64,000 bases of DNA from Caldisericaceae bacterium (GTDB lineage Bacteria; Caldisericota; Caldisericia; Caldisericales; Caldisericaceae): the NCBI GenBank assembly GCA_049967855.1, contig JBMFRX010000001.1, positions 32,001 through 96,000 of the forward strand, given 5' to 3'. The notes under the pieces were generated by a model, which did not search any database, had not been told where the DNA came from, and saw only the letters and a program-made list of their open reading frames with translations. Each line of letters begins with the position of its first letter. The first letter of the stretch is position 1. Below are positions 12,077 through 21,891 of this stretch, one piece after another. The translations under genes and the position numbers were made by a program.

Positions 12077-13045
12077 GTGATGGTTGATAAATCAGATGTT
12101 GGATTATGGGATAAAATACGTAGAAATCGTCTGGCATATTACTATATTCTACCTGCAGGCATCGTTATGGCAGTTGTCACGGCATATCCAATACTTTATG
12201 AGGTTTGGATGTCTTTTACGAACTTTACGATTGTTAACCTTAGAAATCCTCATCCTGCATTTGTTGGGTTTTCCAACTTTATCAAGATATTCAAAAATCA
12301 AGTAGCGTTAGAAAACTTTAATTTCTGGAGGACTTTTCTTTTTGATATTTTTTGGACCATTTCAAATGTTGCTTTGCACGTGACAATTGGCATAAGCCTG
12401 GCAGTTGCTCTGAATACTCCAAGGCTAGCCTTCAAGAAAATTTACAGATCAATTTTGATTGTTCCGTGGGCTGTACCCTCTTACATAAGTGCTCTTATCT
12501 GGAAGAATATGTTTGATACTCAATTTGGTGCAGTTAACCAGTTACTTGCTAAGTTTGGTCTGCCTTCAAGTATACCTTGGCTTACCAGCCCCAATGCACC
12601 TATAAAAATCCTTTCTTTTCTTTCTTACGCATTCTATGCCGATCTGATAACCAATGTGTGGCTTGGTTTTCCCTTTATGATGGTAGTTGCTCTTGGCGCC
12701 CTCCAGAGCATTCCGCAAGAGATATATGAAGCTGCAGATATTGATGGAGTGAACGAGAGAGGCAAGTTTTTCAGGATTACTCTTCCTCTAATAAGAACCG
12801 CAATGACCCCTGCTATAATGCTTGGTATTGTCTGGACTTTCAACCAGTTTAATGTAATTTACCTCGTGAGTGGCGGAGGGCCGCTTGGTACGACTGAGAT
12901 TCTCGTAACCCAGGCCTTTAAGCTTGTAAATCCTGGAGGGGTCTATGGAATAGCAAGCGCATTTGGATTGATTGTTTTCTTTATTTTGCTTGGTATTACG
13001 CTTATTACCAATAGAATATCAAAAGCTACGGAGTCTGCAACATGA
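12077..13045 (+). CDS. Sugar ABC permease (MalF-like)
   Basis: LIVPWAVP, EAA loop YEAADIDG, FNQFNVIYL; multiple TM segments. Confidence 0.9.
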   Translation: MMVDKSDVGLWDKIRRNRLAYYYILPAGIVMAVVTAYPILYEVWMSFTNFTIVNLRNPHPAFVGFSNFIKIFKNQVALENFNFWRTFLFDIFWTISNVALHVTIGISLAVALNTPRLAFKKIYRSILIVPWAVPSYISALIWKNMFDTQFGAVNQLLAKFGLPSSIPWLTSPNAPIKILSFLSYAFYADLITNVWLGFPFMMVVALGALQSIPQEIYEAADIDGVNERGKFFRITLPLIRTAMTPAIMLGIVWTFNQFNVIYLVSGGGPLGTTEILVTQAFKLVNPGGVYGIASAFGLIVFFILLGITLITNRISKATESAT

Positions 13046-13899
13046 CAAGAAAAACTTCAGAAAGACTAAAACACATTTATATTCACGGCTACATTATTTT
13101 GTGGATTGCCATAGCTATTTTCCCGATACTGTGGATTATATCAATGGCCCTCAACCCGAATAACGTCTCCAAGCCGACAAGCCTTGTACTGATACCAAAG
13201 GGTGCCTCTCTCCAGTCTTTTGTACAGGTCTTAAAGAGACCATATGAGGCGGCAAACGTTTCTTTCTTGCAGCTCTTAATGAATAGCTTATTTGTTGCAG
13301 GCGGAACAGCGCTTTTCTCTGTTATCTTAGGAGCATCTGCTGCTTATGCATTCTCGCGATTTAAATTTCCAGGAAGGCAAATAGGCATGATTGGTTTTCT
13401 TTTAATTTTCATGCTTCCAGCTACTGCAACCCTTGCGCCTTTATTTGTAATCTTAACCTTGCTTCACATAAGAAATACTCTCTGGGGACTTATATTTGCC
13501 TATGCCTCTGGAGCAATTCCTTTCGGAATATGGAACCTTAAAGGTTACTTTGATACAGTTCCTGTTGACCTTGAGGAGGCGGCTTTAATCGACGGGTGTG
13601 ATAGGAATCAGGCTTTTGTCAGGGTGATTCTTCCTCTTTCTTTGCCTGCACTTGCAGTGACTTTTCTTTATGGGTTTATGAATGGTTGGATGGAGTGGAT
13701 GCTTGCGTGGACATTCCTGACAAAGCCCTCAAATTTCACTCTTGCAATGACGCTATATAATATGCAGGGTCAGTGGAATACGCCTTGGTCGAATTTTGCC
13801 GCATTCTCGATAATTATTTCCTTGCCAGTTCTTATAATATGGTTCCTCTTACAAAAATATATTGTTTCAGGTCTTACCCTCGGTGGAGTTAAGGGATAA
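13042..13899 (+). CDS. Sugar ABC permease (MalG-like)
   Basis: AAYAFSRFKFPGR, KGYFDTVPVDLEEAALIDG, C-terminal GLTLGGVKG. Confidence 0.9.
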   Translation: MTRKTSERLKHIYIHGYIILWIAIAIFPILWIISMALNPNNVSKPTSLVLIPKGASLQSFVQVLKRPYEAANVSFLQLLMNSLFVAGGTALFSVILGASAAYAFSRFKFPGRQIGMIGFLLIFMLPATATLAPLFVILTLLHIRNTLWGLIFAYASGAIPFGIWNLKGYFDTVPVDLEEAALIDGCDRNQAFVRVILPLSLPALAVTFLYGFMNGWMEWMLAWTFLTKPSNFTLAMTLYNMQGQWNTPWSNFAAFSIIISLPVLIIWFLLQKYIVSGLTLGGVKG

Positions 13900-15664
13900 T
13901 TTTACAACCTGGGAGAAAGGTTTAAAAGACGGAATCGGTACTGCTTTAACGAGCAAATCGCTTGTTTATTTTACTATTGGCAATGGAATACTCACCGAGA
14001 CTTATTACCCTTCACCTGACACCATCGCACTGCATTCCTTGAGATTCTTCATAAATGATGCAATTGATGAATCAACTCTTCCATATGATGTATCAATAGA
14101 GAATCTCAATGCGCCTCTTTATAAGGTTCGAACACTTTTTGGAAGCATTGCAATAGAAAAGGAGTTCTTTGCTGATAACGATTCTTCAAATTTGAGAATC
14201 CACTACGATTTTGGAGAGCCACTTTCTGGAACGTTCAAGATTTTTCCAATAATAGACAACGCTAAAGTAGAATCACGCGAAAGCGAGTTTTTCATTTTTG
14301 GTAAAGATAAGGTAATTGCGTTCTCATTTGACAAAAAGTTTGAGAGCATTGAGTATGAAGAATACATTTTTGTCCACTTTAAGAAGCTTAAAGAGCTAAG
14401 CATCAAAATTCTCTTTGGCGATATCAAAAACTTTAAGAAAACTAATAATAAAGACCTTCAGGATATTCACAGCATAAAAAAGGACTTTGTTAGAGGGTGG
14501 GAGTCTTATCTTAACAAGTTTGATTTTAATTCAAAAAGCACTCTTTATTTGAGAAGTGCAATAATGATAAAATCAATGGAGGATAAGATACACAAAGGCG
14601 CTACAGTTGCATCGCTTGCTCTCCCGTGGGGAAGCAAATTTCCCCTTTCTGAAAATAACGGGTATCATCTGGTCTGGGTAAGAGACCTCTTCTTTACATC
14701 TCTGGCTATGGCCTCTATGGGAGATTTTGCCTTTGCAAACTCTTCGCTTGAGTACATGTTTGCTTATCTTAGAAGAGCTGATGGAAGTTTCAAGCAAAAC
14801 TCAACAATAGATGGTCGCGAACGTTGGAATGCAACTCAAATGGACCAGGCAGCTTTTCCTATAATACTTGCCTATAAGCTTGGGCGAAAAGACCTCATAG
14901 AGGAACTCAGAGTAACTGCGGATTTTATAGTGGAACAGGGACCAAAAACCGAACAGGAAAGATGGGAAGAGATTGGCGGTTACTCGGCTTATTCGATGAG
15001 CCTTGAAGCACGTGCTTTGGAGCTTTATGCTTTGATGAGCAACGATAGAAAAGGTGCTCATAAATATCAAACAAAGGCTTTGGAATTCAAAAGATTGATT
15101 GCAAGGAAAACTCTTGCAGTAGCAGGTAAATTTGGCAAGTATTACTTTGTAAGGATTTCAAATGGTGATGCAGATGCAACTTCAAAGGAGCTATTTCTCA
15201 AGAACAGTTACTTTGCTCCCAGCGAAATGGTATCGAATGATTTTATTTACACTGTTTTTACAGGAATTTATCCGCATTTTGATTTCAGGATTTCCGAGAG
15301 CCTCAAAGCTTCAGATTCTCTTTTGAGGATTGATACGCCAAGGGGTCCGTCTTTCTACAGATATAATGGAGATGTCTATGGTTTTGATAATCCTCTTTCT
15401 CCAAAAGGGAGGCTCTGGGTTTTGTTAACGGCTGAACGTGGAATGCTTGAGCTTTACAGAGGCAAATTAGATGAGTCCAAAAAGTTTCTTAATGCACTTG
15501 AGCAGTTTGCCACTAAACAGTACATTCTTCCGGAGCAGGTTTTTGAAAATGGAGAGCCTACTGAATCTTCAGCTCCTCTTGCCTGGTCTCACGCAAGCTA
15601 TATGATTTTGCATGATAGAATCTTGAGAAAAGACATTCCTTCTCTGCATAACCCGTACTTGTAG
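13883..15664 (+). CDS. Glycoside hydrolase family 15 (glucoamylase/glucodextranase-like); start uncertain (GTG 13883 or TTG 13862)
   Basis: GYHLVWVRD, QMDQ, QERWEE, YRYNGDVYG, LPEQV, PLAWSHA. Confidence 0.88.
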   Translation: MELRDNFTTWEKGLKDGIGTALTSKSLVYFTIGNGILTETYYPSPDTIALHSLRFFINDAIDESTLPYDVSIENLNAPLYKVRTLFGSIAIEKEFFADNDSSNLRIHYDFGEPLSGTFKIFPIIDNAKVESRESEFFIFGKDKVIAFSFDKKFESIEYEEYIFVHFKKLKELSIKILFGDIKNFKKTNNKDLQDIHSIKKDFVRGWESYLNKFDFNSKSTLYLRSAIMIKSMEDKIHKGATVASLALPWGSKFPLSENNGYHLVWVRDLFFTSLAMASMGDFAFANSSLEYMFAYLRRADGSFKQNSTIDGRERWNATQMDQAAFPIILAYKLGRKDLIEELRVTADFIVEQGPKTEQERWEEIGGYSAYSMSLEARALELYALMSNDRKGAHKYQTKALEFKRLIARKTLAVAGKFGKYYFVRISNGDADATSKELFLKNSYFAPSEMVSNDFIYTVFTGIYPHFDFRISESLKASDSLLRIDTPRGPSFYRYNGDVYGFDNPLSPKGRLWVLLTAERGMLELYRGKLDESKKFLNALEQFATKQYILPEQVFENGEPTESSAPLAWSHASYMILHDRILRKDIPSLHNPYL

Positions 15665-15861
15665 GGGCCTTGCCTGGTGCTTCGAGTTGCCCGGGTACGG
15701 CTTTCGAAATCTCCTTAGATAGTTTCTCTTGATAATGAGCCCGAATAATAGTTCTTCCAGAATAACTTATGAGGAGATTTGTAGTTTGAACAATGTTTTG
15801 ACCTATAATTGCCAGGAAGTCCTTTTTGTGAACTCTCTGGCAATCTTGAAGTATTTCCGAC

Positions 15862-16614
15862 CTATTCAGGTATCCTGTACCAATCAGGATTTTCTTCTAA
15901 CTGAGGCTTAATCTCAAATGCCCAGTCCAAGAATTTGTTAACTGCTTGTTTGCCTTCTATACGTGCCCCATGCTGAGGCACAATTTGCTCGACGTCGAGT
16001 GTTCTCACCATTTCGACCCACTTCTTAATTGCGAAAGATGAGGGCATATATCTTTTGTGAAATGCGTCCATAAACTTTGTGTGAGATTCAAAATCGTTCA
16101 CGACTTCGTAGTCAACCCCAACTGATGCTCCGAAATCGCCTGTGAAAAGTATTTTGGATGTTGGGTCGTAGATTTGAAAGTTTCCCTCGGAATGCAGGAA
16201 ATGTGCAGGAATTAGAACAACTTTAGAGCTTCCAATTGCAAGATTCATTCCGTGGTCCGGAATTCCAAGTGTTCTTTCATCGGCAAGTTTCTTTGACGCA
16301 TAATGAGGAATAAACCGAAGCCACAATTCGGAAAATACAATTTTAGCGTTTGTAGAGAAAAGCCAGAAATTAAGAGAAGCCCCTACATCAGGGTCCTGAT
16401 GAGACAGAACAATGTACTTTATTTTCTGTGGTGCGATAAAAGAAGCTATCTCAACGAAGAGATTGCTGTTTGTCCTTGTACCTCCTGGTTCAAAGAGAAT
16501 TGCTTCGTCGGAGTCAATAATCAAGAACTGGTTTGTGGATACTTCGTCTTCGCTGTCGAAACCTGTGAATTTGACACATTTGTGATTCGCGTTTTCGTAA
16601 AGTTTTGTAAACAT
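15862..16614 (-). CDS. MBL-fold oxygen-binding di-iron protein (ODP-like, single domain)
   Basis: SHQDPD, PAHFLHSEGN, ILFTGD, FHKRYM, VPQHG; no flavodoxin domain; SD AGGAGG and TTGACA-17-TATAAT upstream. Confidence 0.82.
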   Translation of the reverse strand: MFTKLYENANHKCVKFTGFDSEDEVSTNQFLIIDSDEAILFEPGGTRTNSNLFVEIASFIAPQKIKYIVLSHQDPDVGASLNFWLFSTNAKIVFSELWLRFIPHYASKKLADERTLGIPDHGMNLAIGSSKVVLIPAHFLHSEGNFQIYDPTSKILFTGDFGASVGVDYEVVNDFESHTKFMDAFHKRYMPSSFAIKKWVEMVRTLDVEQIVPQHGARIEGKQAVNKFLDWAFEIKPQLEENPDWYRIPE

Positions 16615-16796
16615 TTCAAGCCTCCTGTGCTTATACGATATTTAGTCCAATTATAATATATACGGTGGCTGGTGTCAAGGACATAGCTTTTCTTTAACTC
16701 TTTCTGCTTTTGAAAGTCAAACATTCATACCGAAGAGTTCTTGAGCCTCTTGATTTTTATTGATTCATGTGTAAAATCACTTTGAGGAATAGTGCA

Positions 16797-17252
16797 ATGG
16801 AAGCAAATGATAAATGGATTTTTTGGATTGTGGCAAGTCTGGTAATGACTGTTGACCAGGCTTCAAAGGCAATTGTGAGGTCAAAGCTATCCGTAGGACA
16901 CAATATTCCTATTCTGGGCAGAATATTCTCGATTGAATATTTACAGAATCCTGGCGCTTTGTTTGGATTATTCCCATCACTTACAAAATACTTTATTGTG
17001 ATGAGTATTATTGCGATTATACTGATAGGATTTATAACCGTTAGATTTCCTTTTTCGAGGTTTGTGCTTGTTTCTTTTGGTCTTATGATAGGGGGCATTT
17101 CTGGCAATCTTATAGATAGGATTGTTTTCGGGTATGTAACTGACTTTCTATACATTACTCACTGGCCTATATTCAACATAGCCGATTCTGCAATCGATGT
17201 TGGAATTGCAATTTTTGTTTACTATGTTCTGAGATATGGAAAATACTTTTGA
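16797..17252 (+). CDS. lspA: Lipoprotein signal peptidase II
   Basis: DQASK, NPGALFG, GNLIDRI..GYVTDF, FNIADS; ATG at 16797 has an SD (GAGG). Confidence 0.93.
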   Translation: MEANDKWIFWIVASLVMTVDQASKAIVRSKLSVGHNIPILGRIFSIEYLQNPGALFGLFPSLTKYFIVMSIIAIILIGFITVRFPFSRFVLVSFGLMIGGISGNLIDRIVFGYVTDFLYITHWPIFNIADSAIDVGIAIFVYYVLRYGKYF

Positions 17253-18150
17253 AGCTGATAATAGCGAGCGGCTTGATTTGTTTCTTGTTGAGAAAAGCGG
17301 AAAGAGCCGCAGTTCAGTCCAGAAACTTGTAAGGCAAGGCTTTGTGGCTGTCAATGGCAGAATAATTACCAAGTCATCCTTTTTGATTAAGAGCGGAGAC
17401 GTAATCAGTTATAAAGAGCCTGAGTTAGTTGCTCTTTCTCTTGAGAAGGATGAGCACCCAATCAAAATAGTTTATGAAGATAAATATCTTCTTATTGTTG
17501 ATAAGGAGGCTGGGCTTACAGTTCATCCTGTAGGGTCGAGGGTTAGCAACACTCTTGTAAATAGGCTTCTTTTTTCTGTAAAGGATTTGTCAGGTATTGG
17601 CGGAACTATGAGGCCTGGTATCGTGCATAGGCTTGATAAGGACACTTCTGGATTGATGGTGGTTGCAAAGAATGACGAGGCTCACATTAAACTTTCCAGA
17701 ATGCTTAAGGAGCATCAAATCAAAAGGAAATACATAGCGCTTGTAAAGGGCAATTTTAAGGAAAGGACAGGCACTATTAACCTGCCGATTAAGCGAAAAC
17801 AGGGCGAGACAAAAATGACCATATCGGTTCTTGGAAGAGAAGCCATCACACATTACAGAGTTCTTGAATCCATTGGCCCTTACTCTTTAATGCAGGTTGA
17901 GCTTGAGACAGGAAGAACTCACCAGATCAGAGTTCATTTTTCACATATTGGGCACCCTTTGGTGGGAGATCAACTTTACGGAGGGAAGAACCCTCCCGAA
18001 ATTACTTTAAAAAGACAATTTCTCCACTCCTATGAGATTTCGTTCAGACATCCTATAATAGGAAATAAGGTGTTGAGATTTTCTTGTTTGCCTTACGATC
18101 TTGTAGACACCCTTAGAGTGATTAGGAAGAAATGGAAGAACAAAGAGTAA
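17236..18150 (+). CDS. rluD: RluA/RluD-family pseudouridine synthase with S4 domain
   Basis: RPGIVHRLDKDTSG, LETGRTHQIRVH. Confidence 0.9.
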   Translation: MENTFEADNSERLDLFLVEKSGKSRSSVQKLVRQGFVAVNGRIITKSSFLIKSGDVISYKEPELVALSLEKDEHPIKIVYEDKYLLIVDKEAGLTVHPVGSRVSNTLVNRLLFSVKDLSGIGGTMRPGIVHRLDKDTSGLMVVAKNDEAHIKLSRMLKEHQIKRKYIALVKGNFKERTGTINLPIKRKQGETKMTISVLGREAITHYRVLESIGPYSLMQVELETGRTHQIRVHFSHIGHPLVGDQLYGGKNPPEITLKRQFLHSYEISFRHPIIGNKVLRFSCLPYDLVDTLRVIRKKWKNKE

Positions 18151-18584
18151 TTGCTACAAACAAGCGTACACTAAGAGACTTTGAGATAATCGATAGCTAT
18201 GAAGCCGGAGTAGAACTGGAGGGATTTGAAGTTAAATCGATTAGAGCAGGGCGAACTAGCATCGAAGGTAGCTATATAAAAGAGTCGAATGGAGAGTTAT
18301 TCATTTACAAGATGTTTGTCGCTGCTAACCCTTCGGCTCATTCCTCAATTTCTGAGAAAAGAAAGAGAAAGTTGCTCTTGCACAGATATGAGATTATTCG
18401 TCTTTCCTCTAAGGTGAAAGAACGAGGCTTTACAATACTGCCAATAGATGTTCATACCAGTGGAAACAGGATTAAACTTAATATTGCACTGGCAAGACAC
18501 AAAAAGCTATATGGCGGAAAGGAAAAAATCGAATCTAAAAGAATAACTGAAGAAACACGCAATTTAAGGAGGTCTTTCAGGTGA
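18132..18584 (+). CDS. smpB: SsrA-binding protein (divergent C-tail)
   Basis: YEAGVELEGFEVKSIR, RKRKLLLHRYEI. Confidence 0.9.
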   Translation: MEEQRVIATNKRTLRDFEIIDSYEAGVELEGFEVKSIRAGRTSIEGSYIKESNGELFIYKMFVAANPSAHSSISEKRKRKLLLHRYEIIRLSSKVKERGFTILPIDVHTSGNRIKLNIALARHKKLYGGKEKIESKRITEETRNLRRSFR

Positions 18585-21004
18585 AGAAACTAGTAATTTT
18601 TCTTATGATAATTTCAATTCTGTTTTCTTTTATACGCCCTGCGAGTGCTGATGCGCAGCAGCAACTTCTCAAATGTAACACCGATAGCACGAATGTAAGA
18701 AAGTCTGCAGGGACTACATCAAGTATAGTTTTTAAACTTTCGTACGGTGATTATGTTTTGAAACTCACAAGCGTAAAGGATGGGTCGGGAAACTTATGGT
18801 TCCAGATCTATGATTTCAATTCAAACAGAAGTGGATTTGTTGCTTCTTGGCTTCTTGATTTTACCGGTATTACTATAACAGGAAAAGACACAACATTCAC
18901 TGCAAGAGTGAATACGGAATCTTTAAATGTAAGAGCAGGTCCAGGCAGAGAGTTCAAGCTTGTTTCAACTCTTCCGCAGGGAAACAAAATCAGTGTCACA
19001 AGAATAGTAACAAGAAGTGATAAAGAAGAATGGTACAAGTTTAAAGCAAGTAATGGCCAATACTATTTTGTTGCAGGGTGGTATACTGAAAAATTTTCGC
19101 AAGCTACGCCAACACCATCAAATCCTGAGCCATCACCGGCCTCAAATACCACCACTCAAACTGCCGCTACATCTGACTATTTGAACCTTAGGGAAGGACC
19201 TTCAACGGACTATTCAAAGATTGCTTTGATTGATAAAGGAGATGCTGTTCAAATTGTTGGAGCAGCTAAAAATGCAAATGGCGAGCTTTGGGCACAGGTT
19301 GTTTACAAGAGCTTTACTGGATGGGCAATTGCTGATTATCTTACCTATAAGAATACTTTAAATATTGATACAACCGTTATAGGCGGCACAGCTATTGCAA
19401 ATGATGTTATAAATGTCAGAGAGTTGCCAACAACTTTGTCAGCTGTTTTAAGCACACTTGCCAAAGGATTTTCAGTCGACATTGTTGGAGTTGCTATGAA
19501 CAAGGATAAGGAGATATGGTACGAGGTAAGACAGAATTCAAAATTCGGATGGGTTCTGTCGAGTTTGTTCTCTGTTAAAAAGAAAGATAAGGGGACAATA
19601 AAAAGCATTACCTGGAGCATTGCCTCTACTGGCATAGATATAAATATTAGTGGTCAAAGCATACCGAGCCCTCAAGTTTCATTGCTTGAGAACCCCACGC
19701 GTCTTACGCTTAATTTCAGTTTGACTTCGCTTGTGAGCCAGAGCGGCTCGACTGAACTTAATATATATCCGATAATTAGAGTAAGATACGATTTGGCAGA
19801 CGAAGGCACATTGGTAACAGTTGACCTAATTAGAGAAATTCCGTATGAAGTTGAATATAAGAGCAATTCACTCATTATAGTACATTTAACTTTGCCTAAG
19901 GTTGGTCAAAAATTGGTTGAGGTTTCTGGAAGGGAAATCTACGCCAATGTCAACTCAAAGGATGGAGAATCTTACATTGATATCGATGATTTTGCAAGAA
20001 GCTTTGATATTTCAATCGACAAAACTAATCTTTCTTTCAGCTTCTTTGGCAAGAATATAACCTTGGACAAGTCAAGTATTGTCCAGGATGGCTCGTCTAT
20101 GTTTGTTGCAGTTTCATATATCTGTAAGCTTCTAAACATTTCTCTCACCGAGACAGAACATGAAATATATCTTGACCCAACACTACTGGACTACAGCAAA
20201 TCAAGCAATTCAATAAATTTGAAATTCTCTTTTCCAACTGATGCGAAGAAGATCACTGAGAACGGAAAAAGTAATGTAGCATTCTATGCGGATGCAGGTA
20301 CATTTAGTCTTGATAACTCAAGAAAGCGTGACGGTAACAACCCGCCAGAAATTGTGTTTGAGGTTACGCCAGCTGCAACTATTGTTGCAAAGGAAAATAC
20401 GGTTCAAATTAGCCTTGCAGATGTTCCAAAAGCAGGGAAGCTTTCTCAGAAAACTATTGTTATAGACCCTGGCCATGGCAGCTATACTGGCCCGTACCTT
20501 GACGTAGGTGCTGTTGGCCCAAGCGGGGTTAAAGAGGCATATGTTGTTCTTGACATTGCTCTTAGGCTGCAAAAGCTACTTGAAGCAGAAGGCGCAAATG
20601 TCATACTCACTCACACGACGGTTGATAGTCAATCAAATCCTACCCTATCTGAGAGAGCTGCAATAGCAAATAGTTCTGGTGGAGACTTGTTTATTTCAAT
20701 TCACCTAAATGCAAGTATTGATGCAAAAGGCAACGGAACTGAGACTTACTATTGGTATGATACTTCCAAAAAATTTGCACAGTCTATTCAAAGTTCTCTC
20801 GTGCAGGCATTGGGAACTTCTGACAGAGGTGTCAAAAAAGATGATTTGTATGTGTGCAAAAATGTTACAACAATGCCCTCAATTCTTGCAGAGATTGTAT
20901 TTGTTTCTAATCCTACTGAGGAATCAAAGTGCAAGAACAGTAATTTTCTTGATACCGTTGCACAGGCTTTGAAGCAGGGAATTGAAAACTATCTTATCGG
21001 TTAG
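18581..21004 (+). CDS. Secreted N-acetylmuramoyl-L-alanine amidase with four SH3b repeats and an AMIN-like domain
   Basis: Signal peptide; four NVR/NLR..(G)W SH3b units; ENPTRLTL; Amidase_3 motifs IDPGHG, E, SIHLNA, AEI. Confidence 0.88.
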   Translation: MKKLVIFLMIISILFSFIRPASADAQQQLLKCNTDSTNVRKSAGTTSSIVFKLSYGDYVLKLTSVKDGSGNLWFQIYDFNSNRSGFVASWLLDFTGITITGKDTTFTARVNTESLNVRAGPGREFKLVSTLPQGNKISVTRIVTRSDKEEWYKFKASNGQYYFVAGWYTEKFSQATPTPSNPEPSPASNTTTQTAATSDYLNLREGPSTDYSKIALIDKGDAVQIVGAAKNANGELWAQVVYKSFTGWAIADYLTYKNTLNIDTTVIGGTAIANDVINVRELPTTLSAVLSTLAKGFSVDIVGVAMNKDKEIWYEVRQNSKFGWVLSSLFSVKKKDKGTIKSITWSIASTGIDINISGQSIPSPQVSLLENPTRLTLNFSLTSLVSQSGSTELNIYPIIRVRYDLADEGTLVTVDLIREIPYEVEYKSNSLIIVHLTLPKVGQKLVEVSGREIYANVNSKDGESYIDIDDFARSFDISIDKTNLSFSFFGKNITLDKSSIVQDGSSMFVAVSYICKLLNISLTETEHEIYLDPTLLDYSKSSNSINLKFSFPTDAKKITENGKSNVAFYADAGTFSLDNSRKRDGNNPPEIVFEVTPAATIVAKENTVQISLADVPKAGKLSQKTIVIDPGHGSYTGPYLDVGAVGPSGVKEAYVVLDIALRLQKLLEAEGANVILTHTTVDSQSNPTLSERAAIANSSGGDLFISIHLNASIDAKGNGTETYYWYDTSKKFAQSIQSSLVQALGTSDRGVKKDDLYVCKNVTTMPSILAEIVFVSNPTEESKCKNSNFLDTVAQALKQGIENYLIG

Positions 21005-21009
21005 GAATA

Positions 21010-21816
21010 ATGGAAGAGATTTACTCTAGACTGCCAATAGGAGTTTTTGATTCGGGTGTTGGCGGTTTGACAGTTGTAAACAACCTTTTGAAGCTCTTGC
21101 CTAACGAGGATATAATTTACTTTGCAGACACCAAAAACTTTCCTTACGGTACGAAAACTGAAGATGAAGTAAAATCATATGCCGATAAAGTCTTAAGGTT
21201 TTTGCTCAATGAAAAAGTTAAAGCAGTAATTGTGGCATGCAATACTGTTTCCTCGATTGCTATTCCTGACCTTATTGACGTTGCCAAGCCCATTCCAGTT
21301 TTTGGAATGATACAAGCAGGGGCAAGATATTCGCTCAGGAGCACGAAAAATAAGAGAATCGGAGTAATTTCTACCCCTCTCACCGCAAAGAAACACGCCT
21401 ACAAAAGTGAGATCCTAAGGATAGATCCTCACGCTGCTGTTTTTGAGGTTGGCTCCCAGGAGCTTGTAAACTTAGTTGAGGACGGAAATATTGAAAACAA
21501 AAGTGCCTTTGAGCTTGCCAGGGAGAAATTGCAGTGCCCCTTGAGCGAGAACATAGATACTCTCATTCTTGGATGCACGCATTTCCCTTTCCTGTACACT
21601 GTCGTAAAGAGTGTTGTGGGAGGCACAGTCAGCGTAATTGACCCATCTGATTACCTTGTTGTTCAACTGAGAAACTATCTTTCCGAAAGGAATCTTTTTA
21701 ATTCCTCACATAGGATTGACCGCTATTTTACCTCTGGAGACAAAATAGAATTTTTGAACAAAACTCGTATCTTCCTTGAGGAGCCTCCAAACAACGTGGA
21801 AAGAGTTGATTTATAA
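21010..21816 (+). CDS. murI: Glutamate racemase
   Basis: FDSGVGG, PYGTK, ACNT, LGCTHFP. Confidence 0.95.
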   Translation: MEEIYSRLPIGVFDSGVGGLTVVNNLLKLLPNEDIIYFADTKNFPYGTKTEDEVKSYADKVLRFLLNEKVKAVIVACNTVSSIAIPDLIDVAKPIPVFGMIQAGARYSLRSTKNKRIGVISTPLTAKKHAYKSEILRIDPHAAVFEVGSQELVNLVEDGNIENKSAFELAREKLQCPLSENIDTLILGCTHFPFLYTVVKSVVGGTVSVIDPSDYLVVQLRNYLSERNLFNSSHRIDRYFTSGDKIEFLNKTRIFLEEPPNNVERVDL

Positions 21817-21891
21817 ATAAGCAAAATTCCAGAAAATTAGTCTTCCAATCTGTTGCTATTGTTGCTATTAAGGCGCTTAATCAGTTTTAAA

